Virus record (IMG/VR): IMGVR_UViG_3300014137_000003
Strand: one strand, 5' to 3'
DNA: 64,000 nt
DNA from: a virus
Each line of letters opens with the position of its first letter. Position 1 is the first letter of the stretch. Made by a program: the position numbers and the translations under genes. The notes below the pieces were generated by a model that was not told where the DNA came from, searched no databases, and saw only the letters and a program-made list of their open reading frames with translations. Positions 27,239 to 37,671 of this stretch are shown here, in pieces.

Positions 27239-28078
27239 ATGAAGAAAAGATTGTACACATCTTTGGTTTGTGGGGCTATGCTATTAGGGGTAGGTTTCAC
27301 CCCAGTGGTTAGTCATTTTGTCAATAACGATACTAATATTGTATATGCTCTTGACAATTTTGGTAATAGTAGTGATAATAGTAATTCCACTAAAGAAAAT
27401 ACAACTAATTCTGCTGAAACAAATAGTGGAACTACTGGTGATGTAAATACAGGTACTGGGCAACGTCAAGGAAGCGATGTTTCTGACACCTTAAAGGGTT
27501 TTAAACCTGTAACTAAGGAAGACATGGCTAAGGCTAGGCAAAGTTCGTCATGGTTAACTGACATCATTGGTTATGCTATTAGTCTCCTTGTAATCTTAAC
27601 GTTCTTGGGTATTGGACTTATAACTGCGTTAGATGTTCTTTATATGGCTTTCCCACCAGTTCGTAGCTTTTTATACACTGCAGGAACAGATGGTGCAGGC
27701 GGTATGTCAGGTATGAATATGTCAGGTAATAGCTCTATTGGTGGTCGTCAGTGGGTATCTGATGAAGCTGTTCAGGTAGCATCTATGCTTGGTGGTTCTG
27801 CTCAAGCTACTGGTCATGCTCCAGGAATGGGTATGGGAATGCCAATGGGTATGATGGGAATGCCGGGAGCTCAAAGCCCTCAGAAACAACAAGGTGGTGG
27901 ACGTGTAGCTATCGGGGTATATCTACAGAAAAGGGTTGTATTCCTATTCTTCCTTGGTTTAGCGAGTGTATTGCTCTTCACTTCAGCATTCACCGACTTT
28001 GGTATTAACGTAGGTGGCATGGTATTAGAGTTGGTGAGTATGCTCGTTGAGAAGATGTCTAATATCCACTTCGGGTAG
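27239..28078 (+). CDS. secreted two-TM protein, paralog 1 of a four-member family
   Basis: Signal peptide and variable ectodomain, then a conserved C-terminal module (..TM..LDVLYMAFPPVRSFL..WVSDEAVQV..GVYLQKRVVFLFFLGL..) with a Gly/Met/Pro-rich loop. Confidence 0.7.
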   Translation: MKKRLYTSLVCGAMLLGVGFTPVVSHFVNNDTNIVYALDNFGNSSDNSNSTKENTTNSAETNSGTTGDVNTGTGQRQGSDVSDTLKGFKPVTKEDMAKARQSSSWLTDIIGYAISLLVILTFLGIGLITALDVLYMAFPPVRSFLYTAGTDGAGGMSGMNMSGNSSIGGRQWVSDEAVQVASMLGGSAQATGHAPGMGMGMPMGMMGMPGAQSPQKQQGGGRVAIGVYLQKRVVFLFFLGLASVLLFTSAFTDFGINVGGMVLELVSMLVEKMSNIHFG

Positions 28079-28101
28079 AATTTTAGAAAGTTGGTTTATG
28101 T

Positions 28102-28386
28102 ATGAATGAAGTTCTTGAAGTTATAAAAGATAAGTATTTCTCTAAAGGTAAATCAGCTGCAACTAATCAATTACAGAGGGTGAGGGTTAGGAACGCAATT
28201 CTTAAGTTGTGTGAAGACCAGTTAAGTTCACCTGACGATATTCTAGTATTCGAGGTAATGAGTGATTCATTACCTTTTGCAGTTGCAGTTTTAGAGGATG
28301 AACTATTAGTTTCTCAGTTTGATGTAGTACAGATTTCTGAGACACTATTCGAAGCCAGGATGGTAACATTGGAAGGGGTAATTTAA
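28102..28386 (+). CDS. hypothetical protein (94 aa)
   Basis: ORF only; the stop overlaps the next start (TAATG). Confidence 0.5.
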   Translation: MNEVLEVIKDKYFSKGKSAATNQLQRVRVRNAILKLCEDQLSSPDDILVFEVMSDSLPFAVAVLEDELLVSQFDVVQISETLFEARMVTLEGVI

Positions 28387-28847
28387 TGGCAAGTGTTTTA
28401 TATTCATCAAATTTGATTTTGTCCTCTTCTTGGTGGACTGGTAGTTCTCAGACTTTGGTAAAGTCAATCGTTGACGAGTACAATAATTTAGTAGTAGAGG
28501 AAGTATCTAATGGAAATTCTGTAAATTACTTAGATTTAGCAATAATCACAGTTGACGGTTCTAGGAATTCAACTCCCTTGGGGTATTATTACTATGCAGT
28601 AGCTAAACGTTTAAGTTTGGAGTACATTGTAGTAGAAAATATTTTATCAAGGTATGCTGAACTTATTAAAAACAATTTACTTTCAAAAAATATTGTGGTT
28701 GTTTATGGCATTCTTAAGTTCTCTCCTAGAGACTCGTATAAGGTTAGTGTTAAAAGTTCTTCTCGAATTAGTTCGTTAAGGGAAAACGTTAGGGTTAAAC
28801 TTAATCCATATTGGAAATATGAGATAGAAAAGTTGCCCTTTAGATAG
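28386..28847 (+). CDS. hypothetical protein (153 aa)
   Basis: ORF only; translationally coupled to the previous ORF. Confidence 0.5.
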   Translation: MASVLYSSNLILSSSWWTGSSQTLVKSIVDEYNNLVVEEVSNGNSVNYLDLAIITVDGSRNSTPLGYYYYAVAKRLSLEYIVVENILSRYAELIKNNLLSKNIVVVYGILKFSPRDSYKVSVKSSSRISSLRENVRVKLNPYWKYEIEKLPFR

Positions 28848-28856
28848 GAGTTTCTT

Positions 28857-29564
28857 ATGGAAGGTAAGTCTCACCGAGTGGGTGGAGTTCTAGCAGCACT
28901 TGGCGGATACTATATGTTAAAGGAGCAGGGTTACTTGATAGAAGGGGTTACTCCCTTAGTTCAGTTAGCTATCATCTATCCTTTCAGTATTGTAGGTTCT
29001 TTGTTACCAGACCAAGACCATCATGAGGAGTCAGCTCCTATGAAGGATGTAATCTCTTTAACATTCTGTAAGATATTACACTTAACAACCAAACTAAGAA
29101 AAAGAATGAAGGCTCAGGGGGTTAGCGAGAAAAGTACGTTGTATCGGGTCTTAGGGGTATTTGATGCCAAGCATAGGTCTTGGCAAACTCACTCCGACTT
29201 ATCCTTTTTCTTAACTTGTTGGATGTTGTTAGGGGTAATGAGCTCTAGTGGTGGGTTACTTACTGCTCAAGGAATTATCATCAAACTAATTTCTATAGGA
29301 CTTATATTAGGATTGTTGTCACACCTTATACTAGATAGTTTAACCCCTAGTGGTGTATGGTGTCTGTCGTTCGTAGGGTTAAATAAGTTGATAGGGAGAA
29401 AGGTATTCCCCGAAAAGATTCACTTCGTACCAAATCGTAAGTTCTTCTCAACAGGAGGAACTTGGGAAAGTTGGTGGCGATGGGGTATGGGGGTAGTAAG
29501 TTTCTTGTTATTCTTCTACATTATATATACTATGTTACCATATCAACTAATATTCAAATTTTAA
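28857..29564 (+). CDS. membrane-bound metal-dependent hydrolase, YdjM/DUF457-like
   Basis: Polytopic. His/Asp pattern SHRVGG..LLPDQDHHEES..HRSWQTHSD..SHLILDSLTPSGV is typical of the YdjM family. Confidence 0.6.
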   Translation: MEGKSHRVGGVLAALGGYYMLKEQGYLIEGVTPLVQLAIIYPFSIVGSLLPDQDHHEESAPMKDVISLTFCKILHLTTKLRKRMKAQGVSEKSTLYRVLGVFDAKHRSWQTHSDLSFFLTCWMLLGVMSSSGGLLTAQGIIIKLISIGLILGLLSHLILDSLTPSGVWCLSFVGLNKLIGRKVFPEKIHFVPNRKFFSTGGTWESWWRWGMGVVSFLLFFYIIYTMLPYQLIFKF

Positions 29565-29588
29565 AATAACTAAGGAGTTTTATAAGTT

Positions 29589-30443
29589 ATGAAGAGAAAA
29601 GCTAAAAAGTCTTTATACGGCATAGTTTTACTTAGTGCCATGGCACTTGGTGGTCTTTCAAGCACTATTGTTGGTGCAGTAACTACCGAACAAGCAGAGT
29701 CAAACTTAACAACAGGTATCTATAATAAGATGGCAGAGCAAGAATACACCCTTGAGGGTGGTGGTTCTGTAGACGGTAAGCAGTTGTTTAACAAAGAAAA
29801 CAACGGTTCTAGTGGTACTAATTACGATGTAAACGAAGCTCAGTTCCAGGACTTAACTAAAGCAGAACAACAACGTTTTACAACTGAGTTGGTAGAACAC
29901 GCTAACGAACAGGTTGGTGAAAATGGTGTTACTAACTCTACTGTAACAGGTTTGTTGCAAAAACTTCAAACCAAGAAGGGTATGGGTTCTAAGCTCTTAA
30001 CAGAAATTCTTAAGAATACCAAACCTGACTTCGTTAGGGGTAACGCTATCTATCAACCATTTAGTGGTTTGGTTGGTACAGTTTTAGGTTTGGGAGCAAT
30101 CCTTATCCTAGCTTTCCTTGGTATCATCATGGTATCAGACTTGGCTTACATCACTCTTCCTCCATACCGTGCTTTAATGGGTGGTGGTGAAGGTGAAGGT
30201 GGTAAACGTGACGGAGCAGCTAAATTCTTAGTATCTCACGAAGCGGTATCAGCAGTAATCGAGTCAGAAGGAAGCAGCGAAGGTAGTCAGGGTGGCTACA
30301 AGTACGCAGTAGGGATTTACTTGAAACGTCGTGCTATTGCTTTGATTTTATTAGGATTAGCCTTACTTTACTTGGTACAAGGTCAAATCTATACACTAGT
30401 AGGTTACATCATGGACTTGGTACAAGGTTTCCTCGGATTTTAA
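29589..30443 (+). CDS. secreted two-TM protein, paralog 2
   Basis: Signal peptide; C-terminal module ..YQPFSGLVGTVLGLGAILILAFLGIIMVSDLAYITLPPYRAL..LVSHEAVSAV..GIYLKRRAIALILLGL..GQIY. Confidence 0.7.
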   Translation: MKRKAKKSLYGIVLLSAMALGGLSSTIVGAVTTEQAESNLTTGIYNKMAEQEYTLEGGGSVDGKQLFNKENNGSSGTNYDVNEAQFQDLTKAEQQRFTTELVEHANEQVGENGVTNSTVTGLLQKLQTKKGMGSKLLTEILKNTKPDFVRGNAIYQPFSGLVGTVLGLGAILILAFLGIIMVSDLAYITLPPYRALMGGGEGEGGKRDGAAKFLVSHEAVSAVIESEGSSEGSQGGYKYAVGIYLKRRAIALILLGLALLYLVQGQIYTLVGYIMDLVQGFLGF

Positions 30444-30463
30444 GCCAGTGGTCGGTCAATGCA

Positions 30464-30494
30464 GCTTGGGGGTAGCCTCAAGCTTCTTTTATTT
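30464..30494 (+). terminator. rho-independent terminator (possibly partial/attenuating, inside the T4SS-like cluster)
   Basis: GCTTGGGG-gtag-CCTCAAGC followed by TTCTTTTATTT. Confidence 0.55.
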
Positions 30495-30515
30495 AGAGTG
30501 GAGAGTTGAAGAACT

Positions 30516-31955
30516 ATGAGTAAGAAGGAAGAATATTTAGATATATTTGGTAGTAGTTCAAAACCCAAAAATAAGAAAAAAGTTAGCAAAGGATTGATAC
30601 TTGTCTTAACTCTCCTTACTTTAGGGGTAGTAGGGGGTGTTGGTGCTTTTGCATATAATTCTTATATGACGGTAAGTACTACTAACATTGTTGTAAAAGC
30701 CGATACTTTAGGTCAACAAAAGGCAAGGGCTTCTAAGTTGAAGAAAGAACGTTTAGATCTTCAAAGAACCTTAAATAAGAAAAAGAAAGAAAAGGAGAAG
30801 AATAACGATATTCTTCACCCTATCAAGGAAGCTAAATTAAATAGAGCTATAAAAGATCTTGAGAGCAGTATTAAAAAACACGATAAGGCTATTGCAGAGT
30901 TAGATAAGAAGATTTCCTCCAACCCAAATCAAAAGAAAATTGCAGAACATGAACGTTCTAGAGCTCTCAACCGTAGAGATGGTGGTAAAGAGTTCGCTGA
31001 TAAGGAGTGGGACCGTACTAGTAAGGCTGAAGTAGATGCTCTTAACGGTGCAGATACTTCAGGTAACTCCAGTGATTCAGGTAAGTCAGGTTCTGATGGA
31101 GAAGGTGGCAAATCTAAAGCTAAGTCTAAAACCAAGGAAAAGAAGAAGGGTGGTAAGACTTCTGCAAACTGGAACGGTGGTAAAAACCAGGGGGTAAACA
31201 CTGACAAGGTTGAGCGTACTTACGTTGAAGATTCTAGAAGACATAAGACAGATGCTATTAGGTTTATCTCTAATGACCCAGCAACTGGAGCTTTAATGAA
31301 TAGTATCATGAATACTATTAACTCTTCTGTAGGTGGCAAGTACTTAGTAGTTTATTCTTCTGATGGTATGTTCTCTTTCAGTAACACCATTTATAAGCCT
31401 ATGGCTCAGGAAGATAAACGTAAAGTTATGGAGCTTGCCTTAAAGACTATCAAAGAGTCACAATTACCTACAAAGGTAAAAAACAAGGTAACTAACTTTA
31501 TTGCAGACCAAGATAATGCTACTGCAGATGCCATTCAGGCTCTTAACTCTGATACTTCTTGGGAACTATCTAAGGGGTACGCTTGGTTCAGACCTTTTAG
31601 TGGGGGTATTTCTACTGTATTTGGTTTCTTGGCAATTGTTATCTTTGTATTTCTTTCAGCGTCTATTGTATTTGACCTAGCTTACTTAACTATCGGTGGT
31701 TTTAGAACATTACTCGATAATAAGGATGGTAAACCTAACCTAATTACTGGAGAAGCTTGGGAGACTGCAAAAGAAGTTGACCTTAGTTTGCAATCGGGTA
31801 CTTATCGTGAGTACATTAGTGTATATTTTGGAAAGAGGGTCGGAATTTTTATCTTTACGGCTATTGTATTGATTTACTTAATTAGTGGTCAAATCTACGA
31901 TATCTCGTCTTGGTTCTTGAAGGTCTTCGAAGAAGTATTTCAGATTAGAGGTTAG
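30516..31955 (+). CDS. membrane-anchored two-TM-module protein, paralog 3 (long Lys-rich coiled-coil ectodomain)
   Basis: N-terminal TM, K/E-rich coiled coil, then ..WFRPFSGGISTVFGFLAIVIFVFLSASIVFDLAYLTIGGFRTL..ITGEAWETAKE..SVYFGKRVGIFIF..GQIY. Confidence 0.7.
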   Translation: MSKKEEYLDIFGSSSKPKNKKKVSKGLILVLTLLTLGVVGGVGAFAYNSYMTVSTTNIVVKADTLGQQKARASKLKKERLDLQRTLNKKKKEKEKNNDILHPIKEAKLNRAIKDLESSIKKHDKAIAELDKKISSNPNQKKIAEHERSRALNRRDGGKEFADKEWDRTSKAEVDALNGADTSGNSSDSGKSGSDGEGGKSKAKSKTKEKKKGGKTSANWNGGKNQGVNTDKVERTYVEDSRRHKTDAIRFISNDPATGALMNSIMNTINSSVGGKYLVVYSSDGMFSFSNTIYKPMAQEDKRKVMELALKTIKESQLPTKVKNKVTNFIADQDNATADAIQALNSDTSWELSKGYAWFRPFSGGISTVFGFLAIVIFVFLSASIVFDLAYLTIGGFRTLLDNKDGKPNLITGEAWETAKEVDLSLQSGTYREYISVYFGKRVGIFIFTAIVLIYLISGQIYDISSWFLKVFEEVFQIRG

Positions 31956-31957
31956 GT

Positions 31958-32782
31958 ATGAAAATAAGAAAACTAATCGTGCTAGGGGGTGTTATATGCT
32001 CCTTAGCTTTCTCTTGTATAGGGGTAGTAACTCCTACAGTTCATGTTAGAGCAGAAACCCAAACTAGTTTCAGTTCTGACACTATAAAGATCAAATCTTC
32101 TTCCTACTTAGGTGATGAGTCTGCAATGTCCTTATTTATGCAGGTTGCTAAGGAGAGTAACGCTCACTCAGGTAGGGAAGTTCTATCTTACGATGGAAAG
32201 AGCAAGGTCATCTACTTTGACAACGCAGTTTATCAGGATATGTACCTAGAGGAGCGACAAGACTTTATGAAGTTTGCTCTTAAAATGGTAAACGATTCTA
32301 AGATAGATTCGAAAGGGAAGAATAAAATCTACAATTTTTTAACTTCCCAGGATAACGGTTCTGCTAAAATATTGAGAAACCTAAAAGATGATGTGTCTGC
32401 CGATATTGCAAGTGGTCGTGAGTGGTGGGAACCCTTTAACGGACCAGTTACAACTATCTTAGGTCTTGTAGCCTTAGCTGTTTTTATTGGTACAGGTATT
32501 TCATTTGTAATAGATATAGCTTATATGGTACTTCCTATGGTTAGAACTATGATAGATAATAACCATAACGGCAAGTTACCTAAGCTTGTCTCATCTCAAG
32601 CTTACTTTGTAACAAGAGACCAAGACATGATGGGTAAAGGAAAGTATATGGGTAGTTACTTCATGAAGCGTATATGGGTTGTTGCTCTATTATTCATAGC
32701 CTTGGGGTATTTGAATAGTGGGTTTATCTTTGATATTATTAGTAGATTCATGCAAGTATTCTCGGATGCTTTTGCAGAGTAG
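31958..32782 (+). CDS. secreted two-TM protein, paralog 4
   Basis: Signal peptide; ..WWEPFNGPVTTILGLVALAVFIGTGISFVIDIAYMVLPMVRTM..LVSSQAYFVTRD..SYFMKRIWVVALLFIALG.. Confidence 0.7.
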   Translation: MKIRKLIVLGGVICSLAFSCIGVVTPTVHVRAETQTSFSSDTIKIKSSSYLGDESAMSLFMQVAKESNAHSGREVLSYDGKSKVIYFDNAVYQDMYLEERQDFMKFALKMVNDSKIDSKGKNKIYNFLTSQDNGSAKILRNLKDDVSADIASGREWWEPFNGPVTTILGLVALAVFIGTGISFVIDIAYMVLPMVRTMIDNNHNGKLPKLVSSQAYFVTRDQDMMGKGKYMGSYFMKRIWVVALLFIALGYLNSGFIFDIISRFMQVFSDAFAE

Positions 32783-32799
32783 TAGGAAAGGATTGGCAA

Positions 32800-35700
32800 A
32801 TGTTTAGAAAATTTGTTAATAGGTTATTAAGTTTAGGGTTAATCTTTATACTGTTAGGTGGTACTATAGTACCTAGCCTTAACAGTGTTGTTTTTGCGGA
32901 TGATGATAGTTCAGTAGTTACCTCTGACGAAGAGGATACTGGTTCAGATAAGTCAGATAGCAAAAAAGAGGACAGTAAGAAAGACAGCAAGAAAGATAGC
33001 GAAGGTAACGAAAAGGGTGCAAAGTCTGACACTAAGGGTGCATCTTCTGACGGCTCTGCTAATAGTAGGGTTTCTACTTATATTAACTTCGCAGAAGGTA
33101 AGACTTTAGATTCGGCTTTAGTTAAGAGCTTGAATACTGAGCAACTCCGTTTTATGGGGGTATTCCTCAGTAACTTCTATACTCCATGGATGACTGACCT
33201 CGGTAGTGGTAGTGATAAGACTTCTAAGGCAGCTCAAGAAGCTATGCAAACTGCCCTCAAAGACTATGCAGGTTTCGATGAAACTACTGCTAAAACCTTT
33301 GCAAACTACTTGCAGGGTATTACTAGGGCATCAGCTCAAAAGTTAACTCTTCGCTTTAAAGGTAAGCAGTCTGATGCTAAAACTGTAGACGCCCCTAAAG
33401 ATTCTAAGATTAAAGGAAAAGAGTTTACTTATGCTGACTTACTTCTTATGGCTAGTGGGTATGTTTATGAGCATAAGAAAGATCCAAGTTTTGAATCTTA
33501 TGGTGGTAAGGACTACGGTGAAGGTGATTACCGTTATGGTTATCTAGGTTTTGAGAACTCTGACGGTTTCCAACCCGTATTTAGTTTCGATACTCAAGCT
33601 AAAGATAATACAGCATCTATGGTAGCTTTCCTTAAAGCTATGGAAATGGTGGATACTGACAAAGGTTACGGTTTCGCAGCCTTAGACTTTAAGGACAAAG
33701 AGATTGATGTAACTGCAGAAGGCTTTAAAAAGTTGCTAGAGACTGTAGGAGAGAAGAACTTACAAAGTGGTTCCATCTATGGTGCACCCCTTAAGGTTTC
33801 TGCCTTTGGTGATATCATTTGGATGGGAGCAAACCACCAATATGTAATTCTTCCAGGTGCGATGAATCCCTTTACTTGGCAACGTACCGACAAGGATGGT
33901 AAAGATTACGGTAAGGCAGGTAATGCTCTTAACGTAGCAAATGCTCAAATGTTAGCCCATATTGGTAACAACTCGTTGGGTAGTGTGAGCAAGGAAGAAG
34001 AAAAAAAGAGGGGTACGTTCTATGAACTATCACCACAAAACGGTGATCCTTTCCCTATGTCGAAGAGGGGCGAGGTTACTGACCTTAGGTTGGTAATTGG
34101 TTCTTCTGTCACTGATACCCAGCACTGGGGGGATACCTTGGCAGGTGCCTTTGGTAACAACAGCTCAGCTCAAGATAAACTCGGTCAGGCAATTAAGAAG
34201 GACTTCTTAAAACAACGTGGTCTAGACCTTAATGATAAAACTAAATTCTCTGGTGAGTATAATTCCCTTTATGATATCTTTAGGGACGACAGTACAAAGC
34301 TACCTACTTTGGGGTATTCAGATGGCAAGGTTAATGTAATGGGTGGTCTTGCCTTACTTGATAGCTCAGGTTCTTATGGTTCTAAAAGCGATACTGGTGA
34401 CTCATCTGAAGACTCTTATGGTAAAACTGATGATGAAGGTGGTAAATATAACCTAGTCCAAAAAGCAGATATCATCAACGAAGCAGGAGATGGCTTTGAA
34501 AGTGCGTTTGGTAGTGCTAACGTTTCAGGAAATACTTGGGGTAACTCCTACAAAGAAACAAAAGACCAAGGTTATGCAAAATTAGATTCTTCAGGAACTG
34601 CTAAAACTACTTGGAAATATCTCTACACTACTTATCTTGTTGCAGGGTTAACAGATAACGGTAAGTTTGCAGGTGGCGACTACTTGGGGTATCGTATTAA
34701 CTACCCAGCATCAGGGAATGGTAAAAATAAAGGTTTGCCAGATATCACAGGTGAATCTATTAACCTCTCAAAAGAAGATGAAGATGACTCAGTAACTAAA
34801 GCAATTCGTGACTGGTTGTATTACTTGTTACACCCTACAGACGGGTTTAAATATTTTGTAACTTGGATTACTAATAAAATCAAGGCTTTCATTATCGGTT
34901 GGCACAATGACATGGCTGGTACAGAAGGTGTTGGTGTACTTCCAGGTACTACTAAATATATTGGTTTTAGTGGGTATGTAACTACACCAGAACTTCAAGA
35001 TATGTCTTGGACGAACGCCATGTTAAACTGGTATAAGTCAATCATTATTTACCTTATCATTGGTTTCTTTGTAATTATGATGGCTTATACACTACTAGGA
35101 ATTTTAACATTCCAGAAATCAATACTTGGATTAGTTCTGTTTTCTGTGCTTGTATATACTCCTATCATAGTTGTAACTCAGTCTGTTAACTTGTCTAACA
35201 GGTTTGCAAACTTTGTATTTGGTGACAAGTTCGCCTATTGGGGTATCGTTCAGCAACAATCTTACTTCGCAGACTTGGCTGACTCTATTGACTCATCTAA
35301 TTCAACTTATAAGAATTACTTGTTAAATCTTTATAACGAGAATGCAAAAGAGTCAGGAAATCAGGGTGGCGACAACATTGTACTTAGGTGGCAAGCTCCT
35401 AAGAAGATGGCAAACTTGGTTATGTCTAAAAATGAAGAGAACATCTACTCGGATGACTTCAAGCAAATGATTCAAGTGGTTACTGGTGGTAAGAACTCGG
35501 TTGAACACTTTACTGGTAATACATCTTCTACATATCTATATCGTTCATATACGGATATTGCAAACGTTTCAATGTTTATGTATGGGGATCTCGTTTCTAA
35601 CGGTCAAGCACGTGAAGGTGTAGACACTAAGACGGATACTTCTAACACTACTAGATGGTCTAAGGGTCTTAAAGACAACTGGGCTAACTTCACAACTAGG

Positions 35701-37671
35701 TATACAGACGATAGGAAAGACGGATATGGGGTAAAAGACTCTGAGGGTTCTACCGATGGTAGCCAAGCTTACCGTGTAAGGTTGCCACTTGCAGGTAATA
35801 TCTACTCAGATGCAGCGGATGTTGCAAAACAAGGTACGATTAAAGACTTAACACTAGGTAAGTATGTGGGTATCGACCAAAGGATGTTTAAGTTCTCTAT
35901 TGCACAACTTAACAGTAACCAAGATTTGGTTCAAGAGTTGTCTAATGAAGATTTTGATGCAACTAACGGTGGTACTTACACTAACGAAGATATTAAATCT
36001 TTAGCAGCATACGGTGTTATGTCTGAGAACCCGTTCTATTACTTCTCTTGGAACTTGTACGACCAGGGATTAGCGTCAAACCCTAACCCTAACGGTGGTT
36101 TCAAGGATCTTCTCCTTAGTAAGTCCGACTCAGGTTACTTCTACAATGTAGAACATAACAATGAGATGCGTGACTACTTGGATATGCGAACTTTATTCAC
36201 TTATGTAATCCCTTATCTAAAACAAGGTAATGATTTAGTTCGTGAATGGGATAAAACTTATGGAATTTTCTTCTACGATGGGGTAACCTACGAGGAAGGG
36301 CATGAGAAGGACGAAGATATTACTTCTAACCCAGAGTTAGCTCAGAAATATTGGCATAACGTTAACGTTGCTAGGTTGTATAACATCTATACTCCATGGG
36401 TAGACTTGATGTATGATGCAAGCTACGCTAAACAAGAAAAGATTAGTTTCCAAGGTAAGTCTTATACAATTTCTGACCCAATTGACCCAGCGTCTTACCC
36501 TAAAGAACGTCCGATGGTGTTCTCTAAGTCAGAGATGTATGACTACGGTCTTACAGAAGACCAACTTACTAGTGTTGAACGTAAAATTATGAATGTTTCT
36601 GAAAAGACAATGAAACGTTGGTTCGATTTGTTAAACTACTACAATTTTACTGACGTAGCTCTTAATACTTCAGCGTCAATGGAAGCAGCCTTTATCTTCA
36701 ACCAAGAGTTCTCTCAAACTAAGTTGTTGGGTGATTCTATCAACTTGTATCCTCAGTCCTTTGAGCTTAAGAACTTCACCTACGATGCCTTTCTTCGTAT
36801 GATTATTGCTAATTCAACTGGTGAAAGTCTTACTGCTGATGAGGGTGAGCATGGAAGTGTTTACGAGAGGGTTATGAAGGGTAGCTCCTTAACAACGGGT
36901 ATCTTCCTCTTAATTCTAGATGTTCTAGCTATCTATGTTATTCCTTTGCTTAAGGTAGCTATTATCATTGCTATGTTTATTAGTGCTATTATGGTAATCA
37001 TTTACATTGCCTTATCTGTAAATGAAGATATCGGTAAGGAAACAGTTAAGAAAGTAGCCAAGTCGGTATTCTTACCAGCTATTAAATTCTTAGCAGTCTC
37101 GATAGCAATGTCTTGGGCTGTATCTCTCTTTATGGGTAAAGGTTCTACAGCCGTAACAGGTGATACGGGAACTTCTATTGTTTTAGGAGACCCAGCTATG
37201 ACTCTGTTTGCAATGGTTGTACTTAATGCAGTAGTCTTTGTAGCATATTGGAAAGTATTTAAGTCTATTTGGGGTTCTCTCCAAACCCACGGTAAAGCTC
37301 TTCTGTCTCACATAGGAGGGGTACTCGGAGGAGCAGCACTTGTAGGTGCAGCCTCTTTAGGTATCGGTGGAGCAGTTGTTAAATCAGCTGCAGGTGGTGT
37401 TGCTAAAGCTACTAAAGCTACAGCCTCAGGTGTAGCTAAGGCAAGCCAGGCTATTGATGATAGGGTTGGTGTTACTAAGAAAGGTGCTAGTCGAGCTCAT
37501 AAACGTGCTGAAGAAAAAGCAAGGCTCCGTGAAGAACGTAAAGCTCTTTGGAGGGAGCGTCGTGAGAGTGCTAGTCAACGCTACTCTAACTTTAATAGTT
37601 GGTTAAAACGTAATAAGACCAAAGGTTCTGACAGTGGTAAAGATAAACACAATGTTAGTGGTAGGTCTTAA
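32800..37671 (+). CDS. 1623-aa polytopic membrane protein; candidate channel (VirB6/PrgH/TcpH-analogous) component
   Basis: Signal/anchor segment, about 650-aa extracytoplasmic region, TM clusters around residues 660-780 and 1370-1540, and a basic C-terminal tail. The VirB6-like role is inferred only from size, topology and position next to the wall hydrolase. Confidence 0.7.
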   Translation: MFRKFVNRLLSLGLIFILLGGTIVPSLNSVVFADDDSSVVTSDEEDTGSDKSDSKKEDSKKDSKKDSEGNEKGAKSDTKGASSDGSANSRVSTYINFAEGKTLDSALVKSLNTEQLRFMGVFLSNFYTPWMTDLGSGSDKTSKAAQEAMQTALKDYAGFDETTAKTFANYLQGITRASAQKLTLRFKGKQSDAKTVDAPKDSKIKGKEFTYADLLLMASGYVYEHKKDPSFESYGGKDYGEGDYRYGYLGFENSDGFQPVFSFDTQAKDNTASMVAFLKAMEMVDTDKGYGFAALDFKDKEIDVTAEGFKKLLETVGEKNLQSGSIYGAPLKVSAFGDIIWMGANHQYVILPGAMNPFTWQRTDKDGKDYGKAGNALNVANAQMLAHIGNNSLGSVSKEEEKKRGTFYELSPQNGDPFPMSKRGEVTDLRLVIGSSVTDTQHWGDTLAGAFGNNSSAQDKLGQAIKKDFLKQRGLDLNDKTKFSGEYNSLYDIFRDDSTKLPTLGYSDGKVNVMGGLALLDSSGSYGSKSDTGDSSEDSYGKTDDEGGKYNLVQKADIINEAGDGFESAFGSANVSGNTWGNSYKETKDQGYAKLDSSGTAKTTWKYLYTTYLVAGLTDNGKFAGGDYLGYRINYPASGNGKNKGLPDITGESINLSKEDEDDSVTKAIRDWLYYLLHPTDGFKYFVTWITNKIKAFIIGWHNDMAGTEGVGVLPGTTKYIGFSGYVTTPELQDMSWTNAMLNWYKSIIIYLIIGFFVIMMAYTLLGILTFQKSILGLVLFSVLVYTPIIVVTQSVNLSNRFANFVFGDKFAYWGIVQQQSYFADLADSIDSSNSTYKNYLLNLYNENAKESGNQGGDNIVLRWQAPKKMANLVMSKNEENIYSDDFKQMIQVVTGGKNSVEHFTGNTSSTYLYRSYTDIANVSMFMYGDLVSNGQAREGVDTKTDTSNTTRWSKGLKDNWANFTTRYTDDRKDGYGVKDSEGSTDGSQAYRVRLPLAGNIYSDAADVAKQGTIKDLTLGKYVGIDQRMFKFSIAQLNSNQDLVQELSNEDFDATNGGTYTNEDIKSLAAYGVMSENPFYYFSWNLYDQGLASNPNPNGGFKDLLLSKSDSGYFYNVEHNNEMRDYLDMRTLFTYVIPYLKQGNDLVREWDKTYGIFFYDGVTYEEGHEKDEDITSNPELAQKYWHNVNVARLYNIYTPWVDLMYDASYAKQEKISFQGKSYTISDPIDPASYPKERPMVFSKSEMYDYGLTEDQLTSVERKIMNVSEKTMKRWFDLLNYYNFTDVALNTSASMEAAFIFNQEFSQTKLLGDSINLYPQSFELKNFTYDAFLRMIIANSTGESLTADEGEHGSVYERVMKGSSLTTGIFLLILDVLAIYVIPLLKVAIIIAMFISAIMVIIYIALSVNEDIGKETVKKVAKSVFLPAIKFLAVSIAMSWAVSLFMGKGSTAVTGDTGTSIVLGDPAMTLFAMVVLNAVVFVAYWKVFKSIWGSLQTHGKALLSHIGGVLGGAALVGAASLGIGGAVVKSAAGGVAKATKATASGVAKASQAIDDRVGVTKKGASRAHKRAEEKARLREERKALWRERRESASQRYSNFNSWLKRNKTKGSDSGKDKHNVSGRS

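Noticed and set aside
30929-33032. Minus-strand ORFs 30929-31207 and 32748-33032
   Set aside because: These are antisense of Lys/Ser/Asp-rich low-complexity coding segments, with no independent support.
33990-34000. A7 homopolymer (gaagaaaaaaagagg) in the 1623-aa gene as a phase-variation switch
   Set aside because: The tract is short, lies within an ordinary Glu/Lys-coding stretch, and shows no evidence of slippage.
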